In this document: positions 37,570-47,513 of the stretch, piece by piece
Layout of the letters: every line of letters starts with the position of its first letter
Numbering within the stretch: position 1 is the first letter of the stretch
Assembly (NCBI GenBank): GCA_003215545.1
Contig: QCKF01000002.1
Location: 14,276 to 78,275, forward strand
Origin: Prochlorococcus sp. AG-409-L14
Lineage (GTDB): Bacteria > Cyanobacteriota > Cyanobacteriia > PCC-6307 > Cyanobiaceae
DNA length: 64,000 nucleotides
Direction of reading: 5' to 3'
Program-made: the position numbers and the translations under genes
The notes under the pieces: generated by a model
Told to the model about the DNA's origin: nothing
What the model saw: the letters and a program-made list of their open reading frames with translations, nothing else
Databases searched by the model: none

Positions 37570-38277
37570 TTATATTTCTAGATTGCAATTTAAGTTGATT
37601 TCAAACGGTATTGAACTATTTGGTAATGTTAGAAGATTTGAAACTATTGAGGCAATATCTTCGGGCTGTGTCATCTCTTCTTTCTTCATACTAGTTATAT
37701 TCGCAGCCATATCAGTATTTACCCAGCTTGGAGAAATTGTAGTAACTCTGACACCTTTATCCCAGCCTTTATTTCTAATTGTCTGGCAAAGTCCCATTAA
37801 TGCAAACTTAGTAACGCTATATGCTGCAAGGTCCCCTTTTGATCGCTTACCGCTCATAGAAACTAGTGTTATAACCCTGCTATTCTTGCTTTTAATTAGA
37901 TAAGTCCAAGCAGCCTTTGTTAATAGCCAAGGGCCCATTAAATTTACATCCCACAATTCATCAATCTTATATCTTTCATCATCTTTAAATAAAAGTCCAG
38001 TGTTACAAAAAGTGCCTGCGCAGTTGATTAAAGTATCTATAGATTTTTGCTCGGAGATGGTATTATTAACCAATTCGATAGCGCTCTCTTCTTTTCTGGC
38101 CTCATATTGATTTACTATTAAATGTTTATTATCGTTTAGACTTGGATCTAGGGATGAGCCTAATAATACATTTGGCTTTCTTACCCCGAGACTAACCTTA
38201 TGACCATCTAATAGCATTCTTTCGGCAATTTTTCGGCCAATTCCTCTGCTTCCACCACTAATCAGAATAGATCTCAT
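37570..38277 (-). CDS. short-chain dehydrogenase/reductase (classical SDR)
   Basis: ILISGGSRGIGRKIA (TGxxxGxG), NCAG, and YSVTK (YxxxK). Confidence 0.8.
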   Translation of the reverse strand: MRSILISGGSRGIGRKIAERMLLDGHKVSLGVRKPNVLLGSSLDPSLNDNKHLIVNQYEARKEESAIELVNNTISEQKSIDTLINCAGTFCNTGLLFKDDERYKIDELWDVNLMGPWLLTKAAWTYLIKSKNSRVITLVSMSGKRSKGDLAAYSVTKFALMGLCQTIRNKGWDKGVRVTTISPSWVNTDMAANITSMKKEEMTQPEDIASIVSNLLTLPNSSIPFEINLNCNLEI

Positions 38278-38351
38278 TATGTTAGCTCTATGTAAGAGTC
38301 AATTGAATCCTAATATAAGTCCAAAAAGCTAAACTTCTTCTAATATCTATA

Positions 38352-39641
38352 TCAAGTGTCTTTTACAGGTTTTAGGAATTTCCAAAGAAGTTGTATCTCT
38401 CTTCCTTGCATTCCCATTAGCCCCCACCTTACGCTCCACGGAGCATTGGCAAACATTTTCATCATAGCTTTTACAAGTTCAGGAACAGTTAAAGTGTTAG
38501 TCAGGAATCCATACCATTGATTTGATGGGAGTCCAAAGAAACTAATAAAAAAGTCTCGTAATTGATTCTCTTTAAATCGCATTAACTTTTCTAAGCCAAA
38601 CTGATATAAAGCTTGCTTCCTTCTTAAATCAGCTGGCCATAACGCTTTCCAACCAGCTGCTGCAATCTCTGCGGAAGTTGTCCCTTCTTTGTTTATTGCT
38701 ATAGCCACTGCTTTGGCTACGATTGGTGCTCTTCTTAAAAGCCCACCTACCATATATCCGGAGGCAGGGTGGACCATGGAAGCAGATCCTCCAAAACCTA
38801 GAATTGGTTGCGTAAGGTCTGGAAGGGGTTTGTTCATAGGTAGAAACAGACCCAATTCTTCATGTTCCAAGGATGTAATTTCCAATCCGCGATGCTTAAG
38901 TCTTCTTCCCAATCTTGCTTTTAACATCTCCATTGACATAGGAGGTGCTAGTCCAAGGGAAGTTTCTTCTAAAAAAAACCGATTATTCCCCATATCCATA
39001 GCGTAGAGAAAGCTGGGGGGTTGAGATCTCTCTGTATGATCTAAATGGTCACACCTATAGTCCATCAGAACGAATTGTCCTTTTTCAACAGGTGGTCTAT
39101 TGAACTTCCCAACCACTCCATAACAAGTTTGTATTGCGATGGAAGATTCACTTATTGATTTTAAGAATACAGGCTCATAACCTGTAGCATCAACAACCAA
39201 CCTGCTACTTATCAACTCACCACCCTTCGTTTTAACGATACTTATCTTATGGTTTACATTTAGTTGATCAGCTTTGCCTATATTCCACTTAACTTTTGAA
39301 TCGTCGCACTGATTTATCCAATGGCTTTGTAATCTTCTTTTGTCAAATAGTCCATAATCGTATTGATGACTTGTTGCTTTGTTCTCTGCATGCTCAGGTT
39401 CTAAAGCACCAGCTCCAAAGAAACTAACTGTATCAACCCATCGGTGTTCAAGTAGGTGCGCTAGTCCTAGATCATCTACTTCTTTCCCCCATATTCCATA
39501 TGTATATGGCCAAGGCTCTCTAGGGTCATTAGCAGAAAGAACGCTAACTCTTAGGTTCTCTTGGCACATTGCTGCAGCAATTGCTAAGGCCCCTGGGCCA
39601 GCCCCAAGTACCAAGACATCGCAAGATGTCTTAGATGTCAT
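38352..39641 (-). CDS. crtL: CrtL-type lycopene cyclase (beta or epsilon specificity not resolvable here)
   Basis: DVLVLGAGPGALAIAA dinucleotide-binding motif, VVDATGY, FLYAMD, FLEETSL and GGSASMVHPASGY are all plant/cyanobacterial CrtL signatures. Confidence 0.8.
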   Translation of the reverse strand: MTSKTSCDVLVLGAGPGALAIAAAMCQENLRVSVLSANDPREPWPYTYGIWGKEVDDLGLAHLLEHRWVDTVSFFGAGALEPEHAENKATSHQYDYGLFDKRRLQSHWINQCDDSKVKWNIGKADQLNVNHKISIVKTKGGELISSRLVVDATGYEPVFLKSISESSIAIQTCYGVVGKFNRPPVEKGQFVLMDYRCDHLDHTERSQPPSFLYAMDMGNNRFFLEETSLGLAPPMSMEMLKARLGRRLKHRGLEITSLEHEELGLFLPMNKPLPDLTQPILGFGGSASMVHPASGYMVGGLLRRAPIVAKAVAIAINKEGTTSAEIAAAGWKALWPADLRRKQALYQFGLEKLMRFKENQLRDFFISFFGLPSNQWYGFLTNTLTVPELVKAMMKMFANAPWSVRWGLMGMQGREIQLLWKFLKPVKDT

Positions 39642-39961
39642 TTGATCTGATGAATAATGGCCTTATTGTTCCCATCGTATCTACAAAAGAGCTAGTAGTA
39701 ATCTGAGAGGGATGGAAGCGTGGGGTGTTGATGTGCAATTTTGTACCCTCCTCATATAACTAATCGAGATTACCTCGGTTCTATCCCGTTATTTTAATTA
39801 TTACGAATTCAGCTATTATTTAAAACAATTTCTCCAATTGTTAAGATCTTTAGTTGTTGATTTCTAAATTTATAAAATATTTAGACTAATAACCCCTTTT
39901 TATGTCTCTTTTAAGTTATTTGTTATCATATGAAATGACTTAGACTTAAAGCTCTTTACTA

Positions 39962-41008
39962 ATGAATAATGTTCAGAATATTTTTATTACAGGAGGAAGT
40001 TCTGGAATTGGATATCAAGCAATCTTGTCTTTATTAAAACAAGGTCATCGTCTTACTATTCCGTGTAGATCTGTAGAAAGAAGAGAGTACCTCATTAATA
40101 GACTTTATTCACAAGCTAGTGATAATTGTGATTTAGAAACACAAATAAATGTATTAGTTATGGATTTGTCTGATTTGCACGCCATAGAAAAATTAACTAA
40201 ACAATTGCTAAATAATGAACATACTATTGATACCCTGGTTTTAAATGCTGGTTTGCAATATACAGGGTCGTCACAACCTTGGTTATCACATCAAGGCTTA
40301 GAACTTACATTCGCAGTTAACCATCTTAGCCATTACTACCTAACTAATAGGCTTATGCCTTTATTATATAAATCTATAAATCCTAGGATTATAATTACTG
40401 CATCTGAAGTTCATGATCCTAAATCACCAGGAGGATCTATTGGAATGCCCGCAAGTATAAAGCCTTTAGAAGGTTTGATTTCATTACAAACTAAACGGCA
40501 TTATCTGCTTGATGGCACGACCAAATTTAATGCCGATAAGGCTTATAAGGACAGCAAACTTTGTAATATTCTCTTTGCTAGAGAACTTTCAAAAAGATTA
40601 ATTTTAGCAAGAAAAAAGCTACCTGTAATAGCCTGGGCGCCAGGATTAGTGATTCCAAAGTCTAGAGACGGATTTTTTAGATATAGCAGAAAAAATAATG
40701 AGTTTGGTCAAATATTATTTGCTTTAATTGCAAGAGATTTATTAAACATCACTGAGACTTGTCAGAATGCAGGTGAATTACTTTCTATGTTGGTCACTTC
40801 GAAAGATTACCTGGAGTCTAATTTCATATACTTATGCAATAGGCTTATTAGACCAGGTAAACACGAAATAGCAATAAAGGAAGTAAGCCAAGAAGGTCTT
40901 GATGACAATCTTGCAAGATCTTTATGGGATTTATCAGCTAAGCTAGTGAAAAGATATGTTAGTTTAGCTGAGGATAATTTAAGCAGTGTAATTGATTATC
41001 AACTTTAA
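39962..41008 (+). CDS. short-chain dehydrogenase/reductase (protochlorophyllide-reductase/retinol-dehydrogenase-like subgroup)
   Basis: IFITGGSSGIGYQA, LNAG, and YKDSK (YxxxK). Has the long insertion and extension typical of POR/WWOX-like SDRs. Confidence 0.7.
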   Translation: MNNVQNIFITGGSSGIGYQAILSLLKQGHRLTIPCRSVERREYLINRLYSQASDNCDLETQINVLVMDLSDLHAIEKLTKQLLNNEHTIDTLVLNAGLQYTGSSQPWLSHQGLELTFAVNHLSHYYLTNRLMPLLYKSINPRIIITASEVHDPKSPGGSIGMPASIKPLEGLISLQTKRHYLLDGTTKFNADKAYKDSKLCNILFARELSKRLILARKKLPVIAWAPGLVIPKSRDGFFRYSRKNNEFGQILFALIARDLLNITETCQNAGELLSMLVTSKDYLESNFIYLCNRLIRPGKHEIAIKEVSQEGLDDNLARSLWDLSAKLVKRYVSLAEDNLSSVIDYQL

Positions 41009-41057
41009 AAATTTCTATGCTAGTTTATAATTGAGTTAATGAAAATAAAATAACTAG

Positions 41058-42077
41058 TTATTTGTTTAATACATTTAAGGTTTGTGTTGGGAAGGCAAAT
41101 TCTATATTTTGATTAGTAAATTTTCTAACTATTTCTAAATTTATTTTTTGTTGTACTTCCATGGCAAGTAGATAATTATTTGTAGGTACATAGTAAACAA
41201 GTTCGAAGTCAAGGCTACTTGAGCCAAATTCTACAAAGTGGCATCTATCATATTCAGCGTTATCAATAGAGTCTATAATTTCTTTCATAATAGTGGGTAT
41301 CAACTTAAGGTTATTTAGGCTTGTATCATATACAACACCAATTTTGTGTACTAACCTTCTTGTTCTCATTTCGGCGTAATTGGATATCACGCCATTAGTA
41401 AGTGCGCTGTTACTCATTACTATAACTTCTCCATTTACACTTCTAAGTCGTGTGGATCTAACTCCAACTCGTTCTACGGTTGCCCAAACATTATCAATAT
41501 GAATGAATTGCCCATCTTGGAAAGGCTTGTCTAACAATATTGTTATATATTCAAAGAATTCTTGAACAGGTTCTTTTAAAGCGAGACCAGCGCCGATACC
41601 ACCTGCGCTTAAAAGTGCCCATATTGCTGCCATTTGGACACCTATATTTTGCAAATAAATAACAACTCCTATACACCAAATAATTGCTCTTATCATAGGG
41701 CATAGGGACCTTATCATTGTACTAATTGCTCTGTCATCTACTCGATATGCCCAGCTATAAACTATACTTATTACGATTTTATTAATACTCCTGATAAGGA
41801 AAAGAAGTAAAAGCAGTTGCGTTATAACAAGAAAAAAGTATTCAACTTGTTTGCTTAAGGTTATAAACCCCATCGCCATAATAAGGCTAATTATTAGACC
41901 AAGAGGTTTAATAGCTTCTATAATTGTATTTGCTATGTAGTCATCAGTTTGTGATTTTGTTCTCTTTGCTAAGTTCCCAAGGACTTTAATAGTTACACGC
42001 CTAGTTATTAGTGTAACTATTATTCCTATAATTAAAGTTATACAAGCAGTTATAAGTTGTTTGTAAGAATCACTCAT
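41058..42077 (-). CDS. MscS-family mechanosensitive ion channel
   Basis: Three to four TM helices, then the MscS beta-domain signature KPFQDGQFIHID...ATVERVGVRSTRLRSVNGEVIVMSNS. The start is set at MSDSYKQ (ATG at 42077). Confidence 0.8.
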   Translation of the reverse strand: MSDSYKQLITACITLIIGIIVTLITRRVTIKVLGNLAKRTKSQTDDYIANTIIEAIKPLGLIISLIMAMGFITLSKQVEYFFLVITQLLLLLFLIRSINKIVISIVYSWAYRVDDRAISTMIRSLCPMIRAIIWCIGVVIYLQNIGVQMAAIWALLSAGGIGAGLALKEPVQEFFEYITILLDKPFQDGQFIHIDNVWATVERVGVRSTRLRSVNGEVIVMSNSALTNGVISNYAEMRTRRLVHKIGVVYDTSLNNLKLIPTIMKEIIDSIDNAEYDRCHFVEFGSSSLDFELVYYVPTNNYLLAMEVQQKINLEIVRKFTNQNIEFAFPTQTLNVLNK

Positions 42078-42212
42078 GATGGAACTATATGCTCCTTTTA
42101 TTCTGCCTCTTCTAGTATGTATAAGCAATAAATTATTGTAACTCTAAGACAAATGAAGTATTCGCTTTTTCTTGTTTTGTATTTAGATACTAAATATTGG
42201 AAATTACAAAAT

Positions 42213-42773
42213 TTAATCAATTTGAGTTGGTCTTTTTTCTTTAGCCAATTTACTAATGAATTTAAACTCTTTTCTATCAGACGTTTTACACCATTCAAAT
42301 ATTATTGACTCTGTTGTGCAAAGTATCGCGCCAACACTAGCCAACCTTCTAATTGCTATATCTATTTCATTATTGTCTCTACTTTCTATAGCGTCAACTA
42401 TAACGTAAGTAGTGTATCCAGAATTAATTAAATCAAGAATTGTTTGTAGAACACATATATGAGCTTCTATTCCACATACATAAACCGCCTTAGTATCCTT
42501 AATGCGATTGTATAATGATTTTTTAGCTTCTCCGTCGAATGCACTAAAAGTCTTTTTTAGTATCGGGCATGATCTTACTTTTTCAGAGATTTTTTCTGAT
42601 GTTAGTCCTAGTTTGTCAGGACATTGCTCTGTGTAGGTAATGTTAATGTTCAACTTGTTTGCAGCATCTATTAATCGCCGAATATTCCACAATAGAATAT
42701 GTTTAGATTTCATTACGTTTAAGAGACTCTCCTGAACGTCAATTATTAGTAAATGGTGTTGCGAAATTTCCAT
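42213..42773 (-). CDS. isochorismatase-family cysteine hydrolase
   Basis: LLIIDVQE (catalytic Asp), K in the central region, and VCGIEAHICVLQT (catalytic Cys). Confidence 0.8.
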   Translation of the reverse strand: MEISQHHLLIIDVQESLLNVMKSKHILLWNIRRLIDAANKLNINITYTEQCPDKLGLTSEKISEKVRSCPILKKTFSAFDGEAKKSLYNRIKDTKAVYVCGIEAHICVLQTILDLINSGYTTYVIVDAIESRDNNEIDIAIRRLASVGAILCTTESIIFEWCKTSDRKEFKFISKLAKEKRPTQID

Positions 42774-43035
42774 AAAGAGACTTAGACCGTCTTTATACTT
42801 ACTAGCATAAAGAAGTTTTTTAATATACTTTCCTAAATTTAAATTTATTAAGGCGAGATAATTTCATATTCAAGGGCATTTATGCGCTTCAAGTGGTAGC
42901 ATTGTATTTATGGGGCAATTCTATTTTTCTACTTAGTCAGATTTTACGCGTTAAATATCGAGTTTCATGAAGTAGCCTTTCGATAAAATATTTTTTATAT
43001 CTATATCAACCAACTCCTCTCATTAGTAGCTACTA

Positions 43036-43518
43036 TTGAGAAGATTTAATGGTTTAGTTTTGCCGCCTTCTGGCTCCTTCTCAAGATTTCAGGGACCATT
43101 AGAACTAGGTCTCCATCAAGGTGGAAGGAGGCTGACCCCACAAAGAAGAAAAGTTCTTGACTTATTTCAGCGTATTGGATCAGGAAGGCATCTCAGCGCA
43201 GAGGATGTCCATCATCAGTTAGTGGAAGCAAAAACTAAAGTTTCGTTAGCAACTATTTATCGAACATTGAGACTATTGGTTCAGTTAGGTTTCTTGCATG
43301 AACTTGAACTAAGTGAGGGTGGGCATCGTTTCGAGCTTTCAAGTGATGAACACCCAGATCATCACCATTTAGTTTGTGTGAGATGTGGTAGAACAGAGGA
43401 ATTTGAGAGTGAGCAAGTTTTACAAGCAGGAAAAAATGCAGCAGATAAGATTGGTTTTCAATTAATAGAATCTACTCTCAATGTAAGAGCAATTTGTCCA
43501 AATTGTAAGACAATCTAA
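43036..43518 (+). CDS. Fur-family metalloregulator (Fur/Zur/PerR subtype unresolved)
   Basis: LTPQRRKVLDLF, SLATIYRTLRLL (winged helix), HHHLVCVRCGRTEEF and CPNCK (structural Zn CxxC pairs). The TTG start is uncertain. Confidence 0.8.
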   Translation: MRRFNGLVLPPSGSFSRFQGPLELGLHQGGRRLTPQRRKVLDLFQRIGSGRHLSAEDVHHQLVEAKTKVSLATIYRTLRLLVQLGFLHELELSEGGHRFELSSDEHPDHHHLVCVRCGRTEEFESEQVLQAGKNAADKIGFQLIESTLNVRAICPNCKTI

Positions 43519-43554
43519 ATATTTAAGAATTATCTGGCTGTTTTAATAAAAGAC

Positions 43555-44478
43555 TCATGACAATGATCCTCCACAACTTGAACCTGACCCTGCTGTACAT
43601 CCAAAACAATGGTCTCCAACTACAATTTTATTGCCTTTGAAATCATATTTTTTACTTGCTAGGTCTCTAATATTTAGTGAACCTAGATTTAGCCCTAATT
43701 GTTGGTTAAAATCACAGTCGTAAATATTTCCTTGCCAATCTATACTTATTACATTTTTGCACATTAAGTTTTCCAAATTAGCTTTATTAAATGATTTCTT
43801 CAATAGATATTGATATTCAGCTAAAAGCCCTTTTGAGGATAAATCGTTGGCAAATCTTTTGATCGGCATGTTTGTTATTGTATATAGATTATTAAAAACT
43901 ATTCCATAACGTTTCTTAAGCTCATATCTATAATCCTTTTCTAATTCTGATTGGGGAGGTGGTAAAGAAGCACCTTGAGGATTGAATACCAAGTTTAGAT
44001 TTAAATTTCTTTCAAATTTTCCATATCCAAGTTTATTTAGGATTTGTAAAGCCTCAATGCTTTTGTTAAATACACCATTCCCTCTCTGCCTGTCAACATT
44101 ATCTTCTAAATAACAGGGTAGTGAAGCAACTATTGTGACATTATTATTCGCTAAGAACTCAGCTAATTTTTCTTGGTTTCTTTCGAAGAGTATAGTTAAA
44201 TTACACCTATCAATTATTTCAAGTCCCTTTTTATTTACTTCCTCAACAAGTAATCTAAACATAGGATGCAATTCAGGGGCACCACCTGTGAGATCAATTG
44301 TCTTGATGTTATAAATTTCAACTATTTTAAGAATATCTTTTAAATATGATATATCCATCATCTCTTTTCTATTAGGCCCTGCATCCACATGGCAATGTTT
44401 ACACGCTTGATTACACTTGTACCCTAGATTTATTTGCATTATATCAAATCCCTCTCTATAGATATTTGGGAATTGCAT
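43555..44478 (-). CDS. arsS: radical SAM/Cys-rich-tail protein of the ArsS (arsenosugar biosynthesis) family
   Basis: Cx3Cx2C radical-SAM cluster motif (CNQACKHCHVDAGP). The characteristic C-terminal GDHCFGCTAGSGSSCGGS tail is as I recall for TIGR04167/ArsS. Confidence 0.65.
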   Translation of the reverse strand: MQFPNIYREGFDIMQINLGYKCNQACKHCHVDAGPNRKEMMDISYLKDILKIVEIYNIKTIDLTGGAPELHPMFRLLVEEVNKKGLEIIDRCNLTILFERNQEKLAEFLANNNVTIVASLPCYLEDNVDRQRGNGVFNKSIEALQILNKLGYGKFERNLNLNLVFNPQGASLPPPQSELEKDYRYELKKRYGIVFNNLYTITNMPIKRFANDLSSKGLLAEYQYLLKKSFNKANLENLMCKNVISIDWQGNIYDCDFNQQLGLNLGSLNIRDLASKKYDFKGNKIVVGDHCFGCTAGSGSSCGGSLS

Positions 44479-44569
44479 AAAATAACTTCAAGCGTTTTCA
44501 ATCTTAATAAATTTTATGGCGTAAATCAAATTTAAATAATAATTGCTACAAAAGTGTTTCTGCAAGCTG

Positions 44570-45784
44570 TTAATTAGCATTTTTTCGTATAGCTCTTTTC
44601 TTCGAAAGCTTCTTAAACCATTTAATGTATTCAGATGGTCCTAAAGTAAATATATGATTAAATTTTAAATTGTCATATGGATCACTAACTCCTTCAAGTA
44701 CACCCTTGGAAAGATTAGGCCTATCGACTTCTCCACTGCTGCTGTCAACAATAAAAACTTGGTTTTTCTTTTGAAAGGACTTACCTATTTCTTGGATCAA
44801 GGTAAGGAACCCTCTGTCACTCCCGCCTCTTGACCATACACCTTTCTCAATTTCTGAGGAAGTTACGGTATCTCCAACTCCAACTAAAATAGGCATGTCA
44901 TCATGTGATATTTTGTCTTTGACAAATTTATTTAATTCTTGCAATGAATTAGGTGCTTGCCTAGCATTGAAATCTCTTCCAAAAGGAAAGTAATTTCTCT
45001 TCTCTTTAATATATTTATTTAATAAAACTAATAATCCTTTCTCTTTAGTTGCTCCTTTTATCATGAATTGTATATCGGTAGTACCAATATCACTTTTGTC
45101 TGCGAGTTTTATTAGTTCTTTCTCTCCATTTATACCAAGATTAGGAGCTATATGAAGAAAAAATGAATCACTCAGGCCAGTATTAACTGAATCATCTAAT
45201 AGTTTGTTCATAACTTGTAAGGCAATTTGTTGTAGTTTTCTTTGCTTTTCTATATCATTAGGAATTAGCTCGAACAAGTAATTTAGATTTATTGTAGGAG
45301 ATAATTCTGTATCAATTACAGCCAAATGTGTTTGTTTTCGATATTGTTCATATGTTAATTCTGGTAGAATTGAACTAATTTCTTTGAATATTAGTGATTT
45401 TATTCTCTGTGGAAGTCTCTTCAGAAAATCTTTCTCTTCTTCTGTAACGCCTTCAGCCTTTACTTTTCCGTTTCGGTTTTGATATTGAACTCCTCCAGCG
45501 GCTAGCCCAGGTAAGTATCCACAGTAATCTAAAAATTTTGTATCTGAATTAAAAGCCTTTTCTATAAGTCTATTAACACCTCTATACCCTTCATGCTCTC
45601 CATTAGTTAGGACTCTGAATTCTTCTTTTAATTCATAAGCAGCCTCTACATAGCTTTTATCAATAATCCTAGTAAGTGGGTCTTTTACAAGGGGGATACA
45701 AACCCCGTCAAGATCCTGAATTATTAGCAGCCTATCTACTTCAATTAAATTTTTAGTTATGCTGTCTATAGTCATGAAGCTCAA
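44570..45784 (-). CDS. StpA-like (glucosylglycerol-3-phosphate phosphatase-like) protein
   Basis: LIIQDLDGVC, VLTNGEH, LPGLAAGGVQYQNRNGK, GVGDTVTS and RGGSDRGFL parallel segments I recall from Synechocystis StpA. About 400 aa, which is similar in size. Confidence 0.5.
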   Translation of the reverse strand: MSFMTIDSITKNLIEVDRLLIIQDLDGVCIPLVKDPLTRIIDKSYVEAAYELKEEFRVLTNGEHEGYRGVNRLIEKAFNSDTKFLDYCGYLPGLAAGGVQYQNRNGKVKAEGVTEEEKDFLKRLPQRIKSLIFKEISSILPELTYEQYRKQTHLAVIDTELSPTINLNYLFELIPNDIEKQRKLQQIALQVMNKLLDDSVNTGLSDSFFLHIAPNLGINGEKELIKLADKSDIGTTDIQFMIKGATKEKGLLVLLNKYIKEKRNYFPFGRDFNARQAPNSLQELNKFVKDKISHDDMPILVGVGDTVTSSEIEKGVWSRGGSDRGFLTLIQEIGKSFQKKNQVFIVDSSSGEVDRPNLSKGVLEGVSDPYDNLKFNHIFTLGPSEYIKWFKKLSKKRAIRKNAN

Positions 45785-45977
45785 ACTATATTAATCGTTA
45801 TCATAGCCTTAACTAAGCATTTAATGCTCTGAGCCATTATAAGTTTTTACTTGCATATGAATTAAATCATCAATACTTGACCTTTCCATCGTAACTTTTA
45901 GTTTATTGGCCAGTAGTTTTTGCTATAATTGTAGTATGAACTTCTATTGAGATATATAGACATAAATTGAAGCTCCT

Positions 45978-47501
45978 ATGAGGAACAACTTTTTTGATTA
46001 CACAGATGAGCCTGGCTTTATTCTTAATCGTCTTAAGGAAATAGAGCTTGGAAAGATAGGTTTTTATAGCATCGGCCTCTATCCAGCTTCACTTGCATAT
46101 AACTGTGCAATGCAGACCAATGGTGAAACTCTTCTATTAGCACCAAGGCCCGGAAGAGAGTTGTTAGGTGCCTTTCCAGAAGAAACCATTTCTGGTATGG
46201 ATCAGAAACATGTAGATTCCATGATGAAAATGGGATCACATTATCAAGGTAAAAGTTTAGTTAGTAATAACCTTGCAGACTTGATTTTAAGATGTGAGTT
46301 GGTAATGTTAAGTTCTAATAGCAATCATGTAGAAAATGATCTGAAATATGCTCTTCATCTTAGACAAGAGCTGAATAGAAAGAATGTGGTTTTATGTGTT
46401 TTGTCAGGATCTTTCTCTCATGATAGCGTACAAAACAAGTCATATATACTTTGCCAGAAGATTCCGAACTTAGCTTTTTTCTCAGGATTTCATAGGCATG
46501 GTTCTTTACGCAACCCCCTTGATAGTTTTACAGCTAATTTCTGTCATCCTGACGCGCTTACAGCAATGCTAGGTGCGGTAATGTTGGATCGTTTATCTCC
46601 TAATATTCAAGTATCAGCCGGTGTGCATAATTTAGAGGGCCAATATATTAAAGCCGCGAAGAATATGTCGTCTATTTTTGCTGGTTTTGGACACACTTAT
46701 CATCGTGAGAATCCAGGAGTTTTACCGACATTACTTACATTACTCCTAGATCAATGTTTAGATCAGGCAGCTAGTGTTTCGATGTTTAGAGAAGATCGCA
46801 GAAAATTTTATGAAGATCAACCCTTTGAACTTACAGAATTAGGTTATGGGGTCCAACGTATAGAAGCAACTTTGCAAAAGGGAAACGATTTAGAGAAGGT
46901 CAGAGACCACACATTTGCGCAACTAACTGCAATGGTCGCTGATGTAAGAGGAAGCATGATGATTCCTCTTACAGGTAAGCCAACTAGGAATTTTCAAGCA
47001 GGTCAAATTTTGGCTGAAAATATGAAAAACTTACAAAGATGTCCTAATAATATTGACGAATTTATTCAATGGTGTGAATCAAGTGGTATCCAAAGAGGTG
47101 GATTAGAGGGCATCAAATCATTACAATATTGGCCAGAAATAATGAGACAATATTCTATTCCACTTCATGATTCATCAATGGTTAATTTACTTTATATGTC
47201 TATATACTCTGAAGCCTCTACAAAAAAACTAATATATAAAGTTATGACTCAAAGTAGAGAGTTAACAAACTATTGCCAGGAATCAGTAAGACCAAAACAT
47301 AGCCGCAAATATGCTAAAGCCATTAACAACTTAAGTTTACCAAAATCTAAGGAGATGATAGTTCAACTTATAAATTCTATTGCAGATGACTCAAAATTGA
47401 ATATATCAATACCGTTAAATAAATATGAACACCAAGACAACTCATTACCCATTTATATTAAAGCCATGAATATTATTGAAGACTATTTTAGATCTTCCTA
47501 G
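45978..47501 (+). CDS. hypothetical protein with divergent glycerol-3-phosphate-dehydrogenase (GpsA)-like fold
   Basis: Degenerate Rossmann start (KIGFYSIGLYPASLA versus GpsA IGAGSYGTALA). VMLSSNSNHV parallels VVVPSHV. IKAAKNMSSIFAGFG parallels GAVKNVIAIGAG, including the catalytic-Lys KN dipeptide. A weak, by-eye alignment. Confidence 0.3.
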   Translation: MRNNFFDYTDEPGFILNRLKEIELGKIGFYSIGLYPASLAYNCAMQTNGETLLLAPRPGRELLGAFPEETISGMDQKHVDSMMKMGSHYQGKSLVSNNLADLILRCELVMLSSNSNHVENDLKYALHLRQELNRKNVVLCVLSGSFSHDSVQNKSYILCQKIPNLAFFSGFHRHGSLRNPLDSFTANFCHPDALTAMLGAVMLDRLSPNIQVSAGVHNLEGQYIKAAKNMSSIFAGFGHTYHRENPGVLPTLLTLLLDQCLDQAASVSMFREDRRKFYEDQPFELTELGYGVQRIEATLQKGNDLEKVRDHTFAQLTAMVADVRGSMMIPLTGKPTRNFQAGQILAENMKNLQRCPNNIDEFIQWCESSGIQRGGLEGIKSLQYWPEIMRQYSIPLHDSSMVNLLYMSIYSEASTKKLIYKVMTQSRELTNYCQESVRPKHSRKYAKAINNLSLPKSKEMIVQLINSIADDSKLNISIPLNKYEHQDNSLPIYIKAMNIIEDYFRSS

Positions 47502-47513
47502 AAAGTATTATAT

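Noticed and set aside
42098-42298. 66-aa ORF bridging the MscS start region and the 3-prime end of the isochorismatase gene.
   Set aside because: It overlaps both neighbours and depends on the over-extended MscS 5-prime region. No motif.
45978-47501. Considered glucosylglycerol-phosphate synthase (GgpS), because the gene lies next to an StpA-like gene and is of similar length.
   Set aside because: There are no GT20/OtsA-type motifs. The by-eye pattern fits a degenerate GpsA-like dehydrogenase fold instead.
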